Positions 26,204-35,136 of a stretch of DNA of 64,000 nt are shown here, one piece after another. The notes below the pieces were generated by a model. The model had not been told where the DNA came from. It saw nothing but the letters and a program-made list of their open reading frames with translations, and searched no databases. The translations under genes were made by a program, and so were the position numbers. Positions within the stretch are counted from its first letter, which is position 1; each line of letters begins with the position of its first letter. The stretch is from positions 117,187 to 181,186 of the forward strand of contig JAVKIH010000001.1 in assembly GCA_031459625.1 (NCBI GenBank). Direction: 5' to 3'. This DNA is from Candidatus Geohabitans tengchongensis. Lineage in GTDB: Bacteria; Sysuimicrobiota; Sysuimicrobiia; Sysuimicrobiales; Humicultoraceae.

Positions 26204-27781
26204 ATGCGCCCAAGGCTCGCCGTTGTCGTGCTTCTGGCGGCGCTATTCTGGCCCTTCGGGACCGGAGGGTTTGCCGCACCGGCTCGGGACACGTTGGTCT
26301 ACGTTTCGGACATCAGCGACATGATCTCCCTGGATCCAGCTGTGGCATACGAGTTCAGCGGGATCCTGGTGGCCCAGAACGTCTATGACACGCTGGTCGC
26401 CTTCGAGGGTGAGGATCTCTCCACGCTCAAACCCCGGCTGGCTACCTCCTGGAGGATCCGCGACGCGGGGAGCGCATGGAAAGTCACTTTCAAACTGCGC
26501 CCGGGTGTGCGGTTCAGCACCGGCCGCCCCCTCACGGCCAGGGCGGTAGCCTTCTCGCTGGACCGCGTCATCGCCCTGAACAAGTCCCCCGCCTTTCTCC
26601 TCAAGGATGTCGCCGGGCTGAAGGAAGGAGACACCAAAGCCATCGGCAACGACACGGTCGAAGTCACCCTGCCCAAGACGGCCAGCCCCCAGGCCTTCCT
26701 CTCCATCCTCACCTTCACCGTCGGGGCCGTCGTCGATCCGGAGGAAGCCCTGGCCCATCAGAGCGGGACCGACCGGGGGGAGGCCTGGCTGCGCAACCAC
26801 TCTGCGGGCACCGGGCCTTACAGGCTAGAGCGGTGGGATGCGGAGGCGCGGGCCGTCCTGGTGGCCAACCCCAACTACTGGGGACCCAGGCCCAAAGTCT
26901 CGCGTGTCATCATCCAGCACGTCCCGGAGACCAGCACGCAGAAGTTCATGGTGGCCTCGGGCGACGCCGACATCGCCGCCAACCTCACCCCGGAGCAGGC
27001 CCGGGAGATGGCGGGGGACCAGAATGTGAAGATCCAGCGTGGCAAGCTGCTGCAGCTCGTCTACATCGGCATGAACGTCAAACACCCGCCGCTGGACAAG
27101 GCCCAGGTACGGGAGGCGATCCGCTGGAGCATCGACTATGACGGGACCGTGCGCAACCTCCTGCGGGGCGAAGCCCGTAAAGTGCAGACCATCATCCCGG
27201 AGGGGCTGTTCGGCTTCAACCCGGCCACGCCGTTCCAGCAGAATCCCGCGCGGGCCAAGGCCCTGCTGAGGGAGGCGGGCCTGGGTGGCGGGTTCACCGT
27301 GGAACTCCTCGTGCCCACAGGGCCCGCTCCTGGCGGAGTGAAGTGGTCAGACATCGCCGCCAAGGTCCAGAGCGACCTGGCCAAGAGCGGGATCACCCTG
27401 CAGATCAAGGAGACCGCACAGGCGCAGCTGCTCAACATCTACCGCGCCCAGAAGGGCCAGATGGTCCTGATCCTCTGGGGGCCGGACTTCCCCGACCCGG
27501 ACGGCAATGCGACACCCTTTACCGATTTCGCCGCCAAGTCCATCGCCTGGCGCAACCAGTACGATGACCCGGTGGCGGCCCGGCTCGCCAAGCAGGCGGC
27601 CCTGGAGACCAACCGGAGCCGGCGGCTGGCGCTGTACAAGCAGCTCACCGACAGGGTGCTGCACGAAGGCCCGTACGTCGTCCTCTACCAGCCGACGACC
27701 CGGTTTGCGCTGCGGAAAGGCGTGCAGGGATTCGTCTGGAACCCGATGGCCTTTGCCGAGTTCCGCACGGTCAGCAAGTAG
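26204..27781 (+). CDS. ABC transporter substrate-binding protein, family 5 (peptide/nickel/muropeptide type)
   Basis: Signal peptide followed by an SBP_bac_5 body. ATG follows AAGGAGGA. Confidence 0.85.
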   Translation: MRPRLAVVVLLAALFWPFGTGGFAAPARDTLVYVSDISDMISLDPAVAYEFSGILVAQNVYDTLVAFEGEDLSTLKPRLATSWRIRDAGSAWKVTFKLRPGVRFSTGRPLTARAVAFSLDRVIALNKSPAFLLKDVAGLKEGDTKAIGNDTVEVTLPKTASPQAFLSILTFTVGAVVDPEEALAHQSGTDRGEAWLRNHSAGTGPYRLERWDAEARAVLVANPNYWGPRPKVSRVIIQHVPETSTQKFMVASGDADIAANLTPEQAREMAGDQNVKIQRGKLLQLVYIGMNVKHPPLDKAQVREAIRWSIDYDGTVRNLLRGEARKVQTIIPEGLFGFNPATPFQQNPARAKALLREAGLGGGFTVELLVPTGPAPGGVKWSDIAAKVQSDLAKSGITLQIKETAQAQLLNIYRAQKGQMVLILWGPDFPDPDGNATPFTDFAAKSIAWRNQYDDPVAARLAKQAALETNRSRRLALYKQLTDRVLHEGPYVVLYQPTTRFALRKGVQGFVWNPMAFAEFRTVSK

Positions 27782-27784
27782 GAT

Positions 27785-28792
27785 GTGAGCCAGTACCTCC
27801 TGGGGCGGATCGCCTCCACGGGGCTGGTCCTCGTGGGGGTCTCCGCCCTCACGTTCTTCATCGCCCACGTCGTCCCGGCCGACCCGGTCCTGGTCGCCCT
27901 CGGCGAGCACGCTCGCGAAGACCAGATCCAGGCCTACCGCCGCGCCTACGGACTGGACCGTCCGGTCCTGGTCCAGTACCTGCTCTACATGGGCCGCCTG
28001 GCCCAGGGAGACCTTGGCGTCTCGATCCGCACGCGGCGTCCCGTCGCCGATGACCTGCGCGAGTTTCTCCCGGCCACCATCGAGCTGGGGACGGCGGCCT
28101 GGGTTGTCGCCCTCCTCCTCGGCGTACCTGCGGGGATCGTCTCGGCGATCTACAAGGACCGGCTCTTCGACCACCTCTGCCGCATCGCCGCGCTGATGGG
28201 CGCCTCCATGCCCGTGTTCTGGCTAGGGCTCCTGCTGCTGGGCAACGTCTACTATCGTCTGCGCTGGCTTCCCGGACCCGGCCGGCTGGACATCGCCCTC
28301 AGCCCCCCGCCGTCGCGGACGGGGCTGCTGCTGGTCGATGCCCTGCTCGCGGGCGACGGCGCCGTCTTCGGCAACGCCCTCCTCCACCTGGTCCTGCCCG
28401 GCCTGACCCTGGGCCTCTTCTCCACTGCCGTGGTCGCCCGGATGACGCGCTCCGCCATGCTGGAGGTGCTCTACCAGGACTACGTCCGAACGGCCTGGGC
28501 GAAGGGGCTCCCCGGACGCCGGGTAGTCCTCCGGCATGCCCTGAGGAACGCCATGATCCCGACCCTGACCATCATCGGGATCGCCTTCGGCAATCTGCTC
28601 TCCGGAGCCGTACTCACGGAAACCGTCTTCGCCTGGCCCGGGCTGGGGCGCTACGCCACCACCTCAGCGGTCAGCCTCGACTTCCCCGCGGTCGTGGGCG
28701 TGACGCTCGTCGCGGCCGTGATCTACACCCTTGTCAACCTCGTGGTCGACCTGCTGTATGTGCGTCTCGACCCGCGGGTGCGTTATGACTGA
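27785..28792 (+). CDS. ABC permease, DppB/OppB-like
   Basis: N-terminal region typical of OppB. Six TM segments. Confidence 0.85.
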   Translation: MSQYLLGRIASTGLVLVGVSALTFFIAHVVPADPVLVALGEHAREDQIQAYRRAYGLDRPVLVQYLLYMGRLAQGDLGVSIRTRRPVADDLREFLPATIELGTAAWVVALLLGVPAGIVSAIYKDRLFDHLCRIAALMGASMPVFWLGLLLLGNVYYRLRWLPGPGRLDIALSPPPSRTGLLLVDALLAGDGAVFGNALLHLVLPGLTLGLFSTAVVARMTRSAMLEVLYQDYVRTAWAKGLPGRRVVLRHALRNAMIPTLTIIGIAFGNLLSGAVLTETVFAWPGLGRYATTSAVSLDFPAVVGVTLVAAVIYTLVNLVVDLLYVRLDPRVRYD

Positions 28793-29684
28793 CCGTAGGC
28801 GTATGACCGAGCACACGGCCGGTCCGCCTGTCCGCCAGCCCGTACGTCGCCGCCGCGGGATGCTCCGCGGGATGGGACGCAGCCGCCTGGTGACCGCGGG
28901 TGCGGTCGTCGTCCTGGGCTACGTCCTGGCCGCCGTCGCGGCGCCGCTGCTGGCCCCCCACCCGCCGCTGGCCCAGTCCCTGGACCACCGGCTGGAACCG
29001 CCCCAGCCGGGGCATCCGCTCGGGCTCGACCAGCTCGGGAGGGACATTGCCAGCCGGTTGTTGTTCGGCGCGCGGCTATCGCTGCTCGTCGGCCTGGTCG
29101 TCGTCGCCCTGGGCGGCAGTCTGGGGACGGCGGTGGGCGTGCTCGCGGGGTTCGCCGGGGGGCGCATCGACCACGTCCTCATGCGCATCACCGACGTCTT
29201 CTTCGCCTTTCCCCCGCTCATCCTGGCCATGGCCATCGCCGCCGCCCTCGGCCCCAGTCTGGTCAATGCCATGGTGGCCATCGCCCTGGTGACCTGGCCG
29301 GTCTATGCACGCCTGAGCCGCGCGCAGACGCTGGTGTTGCGCCGGCAGGAGTTCGTGGAGGCGGCCCGCGCCGTCGGTGCCAGCGACCTCCGGGTCATCA
29401 CACGGCACTTGCTGCCCAACACGCTCTCCCCGCTGATCGTGCAGGCCTCCTTCAACATGGGCGAGGCGATCCTGATTGCCGCCGGCCTGAGCTTCATCGG
29501 TTTCGGCGCGCAGCCGCCCACGCCGGAGTGGGGGGTGATGATCAGCGAAGGCCGGGACTACATCACGACCCAGTGGTGGGTCCCGACCTTCCCTGGCTTG
29601 GCCATCCTCTTTGCCGTGACCGGGTTCAACCTCGTTGGCGATGGCCTGCGCGACCTGCTGGATCCGCGTCTGCGCGGCCGCTGA
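28785..29684 (+). CDS. ABC permease, DppC/OppC-like
   Basis: OppC-like N-domain and EAA region. Overlaps the upstream gene by 8 nt. Confidence 0.85.
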   Translation: MTDRRRMTEHTAGPPVRQPVRRRRGMLRGMGRSRLVTAGAVVVLGYVLAAVAAPLLAPHPPLAQSLDHRLEPPQPGHPLGLDQLGRDIASRLLFGARLSLLVGLVVVALGGSLGTAVGVLAGFAGGRIDHVLMRITDVFFAFPPLILAMAIAAALGPSLVNAMVAIALVTWPVYARLSRAQTLVLRRQEFVEAARAVGASDLRVITRHLLPNTLSPLIVQASFNMGEAILIAAGLSFIGFGAQPPTPEWGVMISEGRDYITTQWWVPTFPGLAILFAVTGFNLVGDGLRDLLDPRLRGR

Positions 29685-29833
29685 GCGGGTATCGGTGCGT
29701 GACGAGCGGGTGAGATCCACTCGCCCGCCCGGAGGCTCTCGCGGTCCGCAGCAGGACTACATCACCGGAAACCGCGAAGCATGAGCGCGGCTCCATCGTC
29801 GGGAATTCGGCACGCACCATCACCGGGGGAAGG

Positions 29834-29849
29834 TGACCAGTCATGGTCA
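29834..29849. promoter_or_regulatory. palindrome TGACCA-gtca-TGGTCA upstream of the M29 aminopeptidase gene
   Basis: Perfect 6-4-6 inverted repeat read from the sequence. Its half-site is related to the TetR operator at 32629. Confidence 0.25.
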
Positions 29850-30038
29850 GGGGGGGTCATGCAGGCAAGTGGCCTGGGAGAGGAGGTGAAGGAGATACCG
29901 CCCTCATCCATCGACGGTCACGCCCGCGGTTCCTGCGCCGCCATCCGGTGACGACGTGCGCCCCTGTCCTGTGACACGGCCGGCACGGCGGCAACGGGCC
30001 GCAGCCGGCTGCACCCCACCCGACCGAGGAGGTTCCCC

Positions 30039-31142
30039 ATGATCGACCCGCGGCTCCAGAAGCTCGCCCGCGTGCTCGTCCACTATTCGGTGAAGGTCCG
30101 CCCGGGACACCTGGTGCGCCTGAGCGGTCCCATGGTGGCGGCGCCCCTGCTCGGCGCGCTCTACGAGGAGGTGCTGCGCGCCGGCGGCCACCCGCTCGTC
30201 CGGGTGGGGCTGGAGGGCGCGGAGGAAGTCTTCTACGCCCTGGCCTCCGACGAGCAGCTGGCATTCGTCTCCGAGGTCGAGCGGGTGGAGGTCGAACGGG
30301 TGGACGCCCACATCGGCGTCTGGGCCAACACCAACACGCGCGCCCTCACCAACGTGGACCCGCGGCGGATCGCCCGCCGGCAGGAGGCGTGGCGGCCAAT
30401 CCAGGAGCGGTTCCTGGAGCGGGCCGCCGCCCAGGCCCTGCGCTGGTGCGGCACCCAGTTCCCGACGGCCGCCGACGCCCAGGAGGCGGACATGTCGCTG
30501 CGGGAGTGGGAGGAGTTCGTCTTCGGGGCGGGGATGCTCGACCAGGAGGACCCCGTGGCGGCCTGGGAGGCGATGGGGCGCGAGCAGGAGCGCCTGATCG
30601 CCTACCTGGAGCGGTGCGGCACCCTGGAGCTGCACGGACGCGACATCGACCTGGTCGTCGGGATCCGGGGGCGCAAGTGGATCAAGGCCGCGGGGGAGTA
30701 CAACTTCCCGGACGGGGAGATCTTCACCGGCCCGGTCGAGGACGACGTGGACGGGCGCGTGCGCTTCTCCTTCCCCGCCGTCTCCCAGGGGCGGGTGGTG
30801 GAGGGGGTGGAGCTGGTCTTCGAGCGGGGGCGCGTGGTCCAGGCGCGCGCCGACCGGGGCCAGGACTTCCTGCTGGCGATGCTGGAGGTGGACGAGGGGG
30901 CGCGGAGGCTCGGGGAGTTCGCCTTCGGGCTCAACGAGCGCATCACGCGCTTCACCAAGCACATCCTCTTCGACGAGAAGATCGGGGGGACGGTGCACAT
31001 GGCGCTGGGGAGCGGGTATCCGGAGACCGGGTCGCGCAACCGCTCCGGTCTGCACTGGGACCTCATCTGCGACCTGCGGGAGGGGAGCGAGGTCCGCGCC
31101 GACGGCCAGGTGATCTACCGCGACGGCCGCTTCCTGATCTGA
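30039..31142 (+). CDS. aminopeptidase, M29 (thermophilic metalloprotease AmpS/PepS) family
   Basis: 367 aa. M29-typical C-terminal block (…RFTKHILFDEKIGGTVHMALGSGYPETGS…HWDLI). GAGGAGG RBS. Confidence 0.8.
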   Translation: MIDPRLQKLARVLVHYSVKVRPGHLVRLSGPMVAAPLLGALYEEVLRAGGHPLVRVGLEGAEEVFYALASDEQLAFVSEVERVEVERVDAHIGVWANTNTRALTNVDPRRIARRQEAWRPIQERFLERAAAQALRWCGTQFPTAADAQEADMSLREWEEFVFGAGMLDQEDPVAAWEAMGREQERLIAYLERCGTLELHGRDIDLVVGIRGRKWIKAAGEYNFPDGEIFTGPVEDDVDGRVRFSFPAVSQGRVVEGVELVFERGRVVQARADRGQDFLLAMLEVDEGARRLGEFAFGLNERITRFTKHILFDEKIGGTVHMALGSGYPETGSRNRSGLHWDLICDLREGSEVRADGQVIYRDGRFLI

Positions 31143-31238
31143 GGGCGTGCGCGGCGGGCCGGCCCCGCGACCGGCGGGGGCCCTGGCCTGCCCGGCCTGG
31201 GGCGGTCGACGCTCGCGCCGGAGCAGCGGCCGGCGGGG

Positions 31239-31511
31239 TCAGGCGCGCTCGAGCTCGTCGATCAGCTCGTCGAACATGCTCTGCGTCTCCGCCGTGACCT
31301 CGTCGGCCATCTCGGCGTAGGCGTCGTGCTCCTGGGCCTTCGTCTGGATGTTGTCGAGCATGTTGGCTTCGATCTCCCGCAGGAAGGCCACGATGTCCTC
31401 CCGGGGGAACTCGCCGAACTCGCCCGCCTTCACCCGACGCACGAACTCATCGAGGCCCCGGAGCTCCACGAGGCAGAGCTGCTCGTAGATCTCCCACAGC
31501 CGTTCCACCAT
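31239..31511 (-). CDS. small acidic hypothetical protein (90 aa)
   Basis: Clean ORF with atypical, lower-GC codon usage. Composition is not GC-artefact-like. No recognisable family. Confidence 0.45.
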   Translation of the reverse strand: MVERLWEIYEQLCLVELRGLDEFVRRVKAGEFGEFPREDIVAFLREIEANMLDNIQTKAQEHDAYAEMADEVTAETQSMFDELIDELERA

Positions 31512-32022
31512 GCCTCCCGCCCCCCAATGGAGTCGTGCACGTCATCGAGGTCGGGTCGTCGTCTCGTCTCGCTCTTCGCGCACCCGGCGGAGATTCCTCT
31601 CGGCATTCCCCCGGCGTGGGGAGGGCGCTCCGGCGTGGGAGAGGGGCACGGGGCTCCCTCAGGGGCGCAGGAGCACGGCCCGGACGGGGCTGCGTCCCGG
31701 CCGCGCAGCCGCAGCGGCAGGGCCACCAGGACGTAGGACCCCTCCTCGACGTCGCTGAGGTCGATCGTCTCCAGCACCGCCACGCCGGCGGCGAGGAGGG
31801 TCGCGTGCATGGGGAGAGTCGTCCCCGGCGCGCGCTCCACCGTGAGGTAGTCGAGGCCCACCAGCCGCACCCGGCGGTCTGCCAGGATCGCGGCCGCGCC
31901 CGGATCGAGGTGGACGCAGGCGTCGGTGACCCGGCCGGCGCGGAGCAGAGCGGAGTTGCGCGTGCGGAAGAGGAGCCGCTCACCCGGCTGTGGGGCCAGG
32001 CTGCGGACGACGCCGGCGTCGA
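31430..32022 (-). pseudogene. cyclase-family (kynurenine formamidase-like) gene remnant, C-terminal half only
   Basis: The translated C-terminus (…GSGPRELAGVIDAGVVRSLAPQPGERLLFRTRNSALL…VHLDPGAAAILADRRVRLVGLDYLTVE…LVALPLRLRG) matches cyclase proteins. A stop lies immediately upstream, and the N-terminal HxGTHxDAPxH half is absent in all three frames. Confidence 0.5.
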
Positions 32023-32380
32023 TGACCCCGGCAAGCTCTCGCGGACCACTCCCCCGGCGCCATAGCGCTCACCCCCACCACCCTTTCCCCGCCTTCGGGC
32101 GCTCCCCTTCGCGGGCTGCCCTTCGGGGAGTCGAGGCGCGGCGGCTGCCGGGGCGCCCTCCGCTTCACCCTGACGAAGGGGACCTTCAGCCACACCGACG
32201 TGCTGCCCGCCGCCATCCTGCGCGACCCGTTGCAGGCCCGCCAGCGCGTCAACCTGATCGTGACCCGGCTGAGCAAGCAGGTGGAGCGGGCCCACCTGGA
32301 GGAGGCGGGGCGCGGGTCGTAGGTGGGCGGCTGCGAAGTTGCATCGCCGGCCCCGGTGGTGGCTCACGGCGCGGCGGCTC

Positions 32381-32389
32381 TGCTAGAAT
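32381..32389 (+). promoter_or_regulatory. extended -10 element (TGcTAGAAT) for tRNA-Thr
   Basis: Read from the sequence ~34 nt upstream of the tRNA. Confidence 0.35.
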
Positions 32390-32422
32390 GGCTGTGGTCT
32401 CCGCTCGAGGAGCTGCCAGCGG

Positions 32423-32498
<76 letters not shown>

Positions 32499-32628
32499 GC
32501 GATGTCCGCGGATCGGTCCTGCGCAGAGACCTCGTCGGTGGCGCGTCCTGCTCGACCGTCGCGGCCTCGTCCTGCTGAACCCCCTCGCCGTCCTGCTCAT
32601 TCCGGTGACCCTGGTGGACGGGGATTGT

Positions 32629-32646
32629 TGACCGACCGGTCGGTCA
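32629..32646. promoter_or_regulatory. perfect 18-bp palindrome TGACCGACC|GGTCGGTCA (TetR operator) overlapping a TTGACC…TATACT promoter. The -10 element lies only 12 nt before the tetR ATG.
   Basis: Read from the sequence. Classic autoregulatory layout, and a near-leaderless transcript is implied. Confidence 0.5.
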
Positions 32647-32665
32647 GCTATACTGGGGCGCGCCC

Positions 32666-33547
32666 ATGACCGCCCGCCCGGCCCTCGCCGCCCGGACCCG
32701 CGCCGCCATCTTGGGCGCGGCGCGGCGGCTCTTCGCGCGCCGGGGCTTCGCCGGCACGGCCGTCCGGGAGATCGCCGTGGCGGCGGGCGTCTCGAAGGCG
32801 CTCATCTACCACCACTTCCGCGACAAGGACCGCCTCTTCTCCCTGCTACTGGCGCAGGCGGCGGGGCTGGTGCGCCGGGAAGTCGTGGCGCTCCCGCCGG
32901 AGGAGCCGCCGGTGCGGCAGATGGCCCGGCTGATCCTCCAGTACCTGCGCTTCGCGGAATCCCACCCGGACCTGCTGCGCCTCCTGCTGCGGGAGGAGGC
33001 GCACGGCGAGGCCGGGCGGGCTCCAGCCCTGCTGGCGCGGCTGCGCCGGGAGGAGCAGGCGGCGTTCGAGGCGGTGATCCGGCGCGGCGTCGCCGCGGGG
33101 GCCTTCAAGGAGGTCGACCCCGCCGTCTCTGCCTCGGCGGTGGCGAGCGCCGTCCGGCTGCTGGCGGCGGCGTTCGCCGGGGCGCCGCACCTCACGGCGG
33201 ACGGCCGGCGTCCCCCCGCCGTGGAGGTGGCGGCCAATGCGCTCGACATCCTCCTCAACGGCCTGGCCCGCCGGCCGCACCCGCGGCGCGAGGTCGAGAC
33301 CCTGCTGACCGGTATGGCGGGCCCCGCCCATACCCCGCCGCGGACCTCGCGCCCGAGCGGCGCTCGCGAGGCGAGCAGCGCAGCCACGGCGCGGGCAGCA
33401 CGGGGGCGCGGGAGCGGGAGGCCGCGGCGGGGGGGGCGCAGGATCGGTGGGACCGGCGGAACAGGAAGCGGGCACGGTGAACGGGCGTTCACCTCACTTG
33501 AACGTCTGAGGGGTCGGGCGCACCGCCCGCGGGAGGCATCGGCGTGA
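32666..33547 (+). CDS. TetR/AcrR-family transcriptional regulator
   Basis: N-terminal HTH (ILGAARRLFARRGFAGTAVREIAVAAGVSKALIYHHFRDK). The C-terminal ~80 aa is low-complexity run-on before the first stop. Confidence 0.8.
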   Translation: MTARPALAARTRAAILGAARRLFARRGFAGTAVREIAVAAGVSKALIYHHFRDKDRLFSLLLAQAAGLVRREVVALPPEEPPVRQMARLILQYLRFAESHPDLLRLLLREEAHGEAGRAPALLARLRREEQAAFEAVIRRGVAAGAFKEVDPAVSASAVASAVRLLAAAFAGAPHLTADGRRPPAVEVAANALDILLNGLARRPHPRREVETLLTGMAGPAHTPPRTSRPSGAREASSAATARAARGRGSGRPRRGGRRIGGTGGTGSGHGERAFTSLERLRGRAHRPREASA

Positions 33548-35136
33548 GGGCTCGGGTCTGGTGGATCGTCGTGGTCATCGTCCTGGCGGCAGGGGGAGCG
33601 CTGCTGGTCGGACGGGTGCGGCCCCGCACCGGCGCGCAGGTGGCTGCGCCGGCACCGGGCGCGACGGCGTCCGGGCCGGGGCCGCAGGCGGCATCTCCGG
33701 CGGCGCTGCCCGTGGAGGCGGTGCGGGTACAGCAGGGGACCATCGAACGGCGCGTGGCCGTGAGCGGCAGCGTCACCTCGGTGCAGCTGGTCCGCCTCTT
33801 CGCCAAGCGCTCGGGCCAGGTGGTCGCCGTCCTCGTCCGGGAGGGTGACCGCGTCGCAGCTGGGCAGGCGCTCGTGCAGCTCGACACGACCGACGCCGCC
33901 ATTCGCGTCCGGCAGGCCGAGGCCGCCGCGCGCGTCGCCGAGGCCCAGTACGCCCTGGTGGCCCAGGGAACCCGGCCGGAGCAGGTGGCCCAGGCCGAAG
34001 AAGCGGTGCGGCAGGCGCGCGCGCAGGTGCGCGCGGCCGAAGCCCGTCTGGCGCTCCTGCGTGCCGGCGCCCGGCCGCAGGAACGGGAGCAGGCGCGCCA
34101 GGCCGTCCGCCAGGCGGAGAGCGCCCTGGCCACGGCCGAAGCCCAGCGGCGCGCCGCGCTCAGCGCCGCCGAGACGGCGGAGGCCCACCTGCAGCGCATG
34201 GAGACGTTGCTGCGCGAAGGGGCGGTGGCCCAGGTGCAGGTGGACCAGGCGCGGCTGGAGGCCGAGCGGGCCCGCGCCCAGGTCCGCACGGCCGAAGCCC
34301 AGGTGGCTGCGGCCCGCGCGCAGCTGGAGAGCGCGCGCCAGCAGGCCAGCCTGGTTGAGAGCGGTCCCCGCGCGGAGGAGGTCCAGGCGGCCGATGCGCA
34401 GGTGGCGCAGGCGCGCGCCGCGCTGCGGCAGGCGGAGCAGGCGCTGCTGCTGGCGCGGCGGGGGGCGCGGGCGCCGGAGGTGGCTGCCGCCGCGGCCCAG
34501 CGCGACCAGGCGCGGGCTGTGCTGGCCGAGGCCCGGCAGGCCCTGGCCGACCTCACCCTGCGCGCGCCGTTCGCGGGCCGGGTGGCGCAGGTCCGCGTGG
34601 CGCGGGGGGACCTGGTGACCGCAGGGGAGTTCGGCCAGCCGGTGGTCGTCGTCTACGACGACCGCGCCCTCGAGGCCGAGGTGACGGTCGGCGAGCGCGA
34701 GGCGCCGCTGGTGCGCCCGGGACAGCCGGCCGTGCTGCGGGCCGAGTCGGCGGGCGGGGCGGCGGTGTCCGCGGTGGTGCGCACCGTGGCCTTGCTGGCC
34801 CAGCCCGGCAGCCGCACCGTCAGCGTCCGGCTGCGGCTGGCCGCGCCGCCCCCGGGCGTGCTGCCCGGGACCTTCGTCCGCGGGGCCATCGCGGTGGAGC
34901 GTCGCCGCGGCGTCCTCACCGTGCCCCGGGCCGCCGTCCGCCGGGTCGACGGCCGGGACGTCGTCTGGCTCGTCGAGGGGGGCGTGGTGCGGGTCCGTCC
35001 CGTGGCGGTGGGCCTGATCCAGGACGCCCGGGTGGAGGTGCGGCGCGGCGTGCGGGCGGGCGACCTGGTGGTCACGCTCGGTCCCGAGGCGGTGACGGAG
35101 GGCACACGGGTCACCGTGGTGCGGGAGGTGCGCTGA
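33544..35136 (+). CDS. efflux RND periplasmic adaptor (membrane fusion protein, HlyD family) with an extended coiled coil
   Basis: N-terminal TM anchor. Long Ala/Gln/Arg-rich helical hairpin region. C-terminal beta-barrel block (…LTLRAPFAGRVAQVRVARGDLV…). GTGA overlap with tetR. Confidence 0.8.
   Translation: MRARVWWIVVVIVLAAGGALLVGRVRPRTGAQVAAPAPGATASGPGPQAASPAALPVEAVRVQQGTIERRVAVSGSVTSVQLVRLFAKRSGQVVAVLVREGDRVAAGQALVQLDTTDAAIRVRQAEAAARVAEAQYALVAQGTRPEQVAQAEEAVRQARAQVRAAEARLALLRAGARPQEREQARQAVRQAESALATAEAQRRAALSAAETAEAHLQRMETLLREGAVAQVQVDQARLEAERARAQVRTAEAQVAAARAQLESARQQASLVESGPRAEEVQAADAQVAQARAALRQAEQALLLARRGARAPEVAAAAAQRDQARAVLAEARQALADLTLRAPFAGRVAQVRVARGDLVTAGEFGQPVVVVYDDRALEAEVTVGEREAPLVRPGQPAVLRAESAGGAAVSAVVRTVALLAQPGSRTVSVRLRLAAPPPGVLPGTFVRGAIAVERRRGVLTVPRAAVRRVDGRDVVWLVEGGVVRVRPVAVGLIQDARVEVRRGVRAGDLVVTLGPEAVTEGTRVTVVREVR

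Noticed and set aside
31430-32367. Treating the cyclase as an intact gene, or the 306-aa minus ORF as its N-terminus
   Set aside because: Translated all three minus frames of 32025-32340. None contains the HxGTHxDAPxH cyclase N-terminal motif, and the cyclase frame is interrupted by multiple stops upstream.
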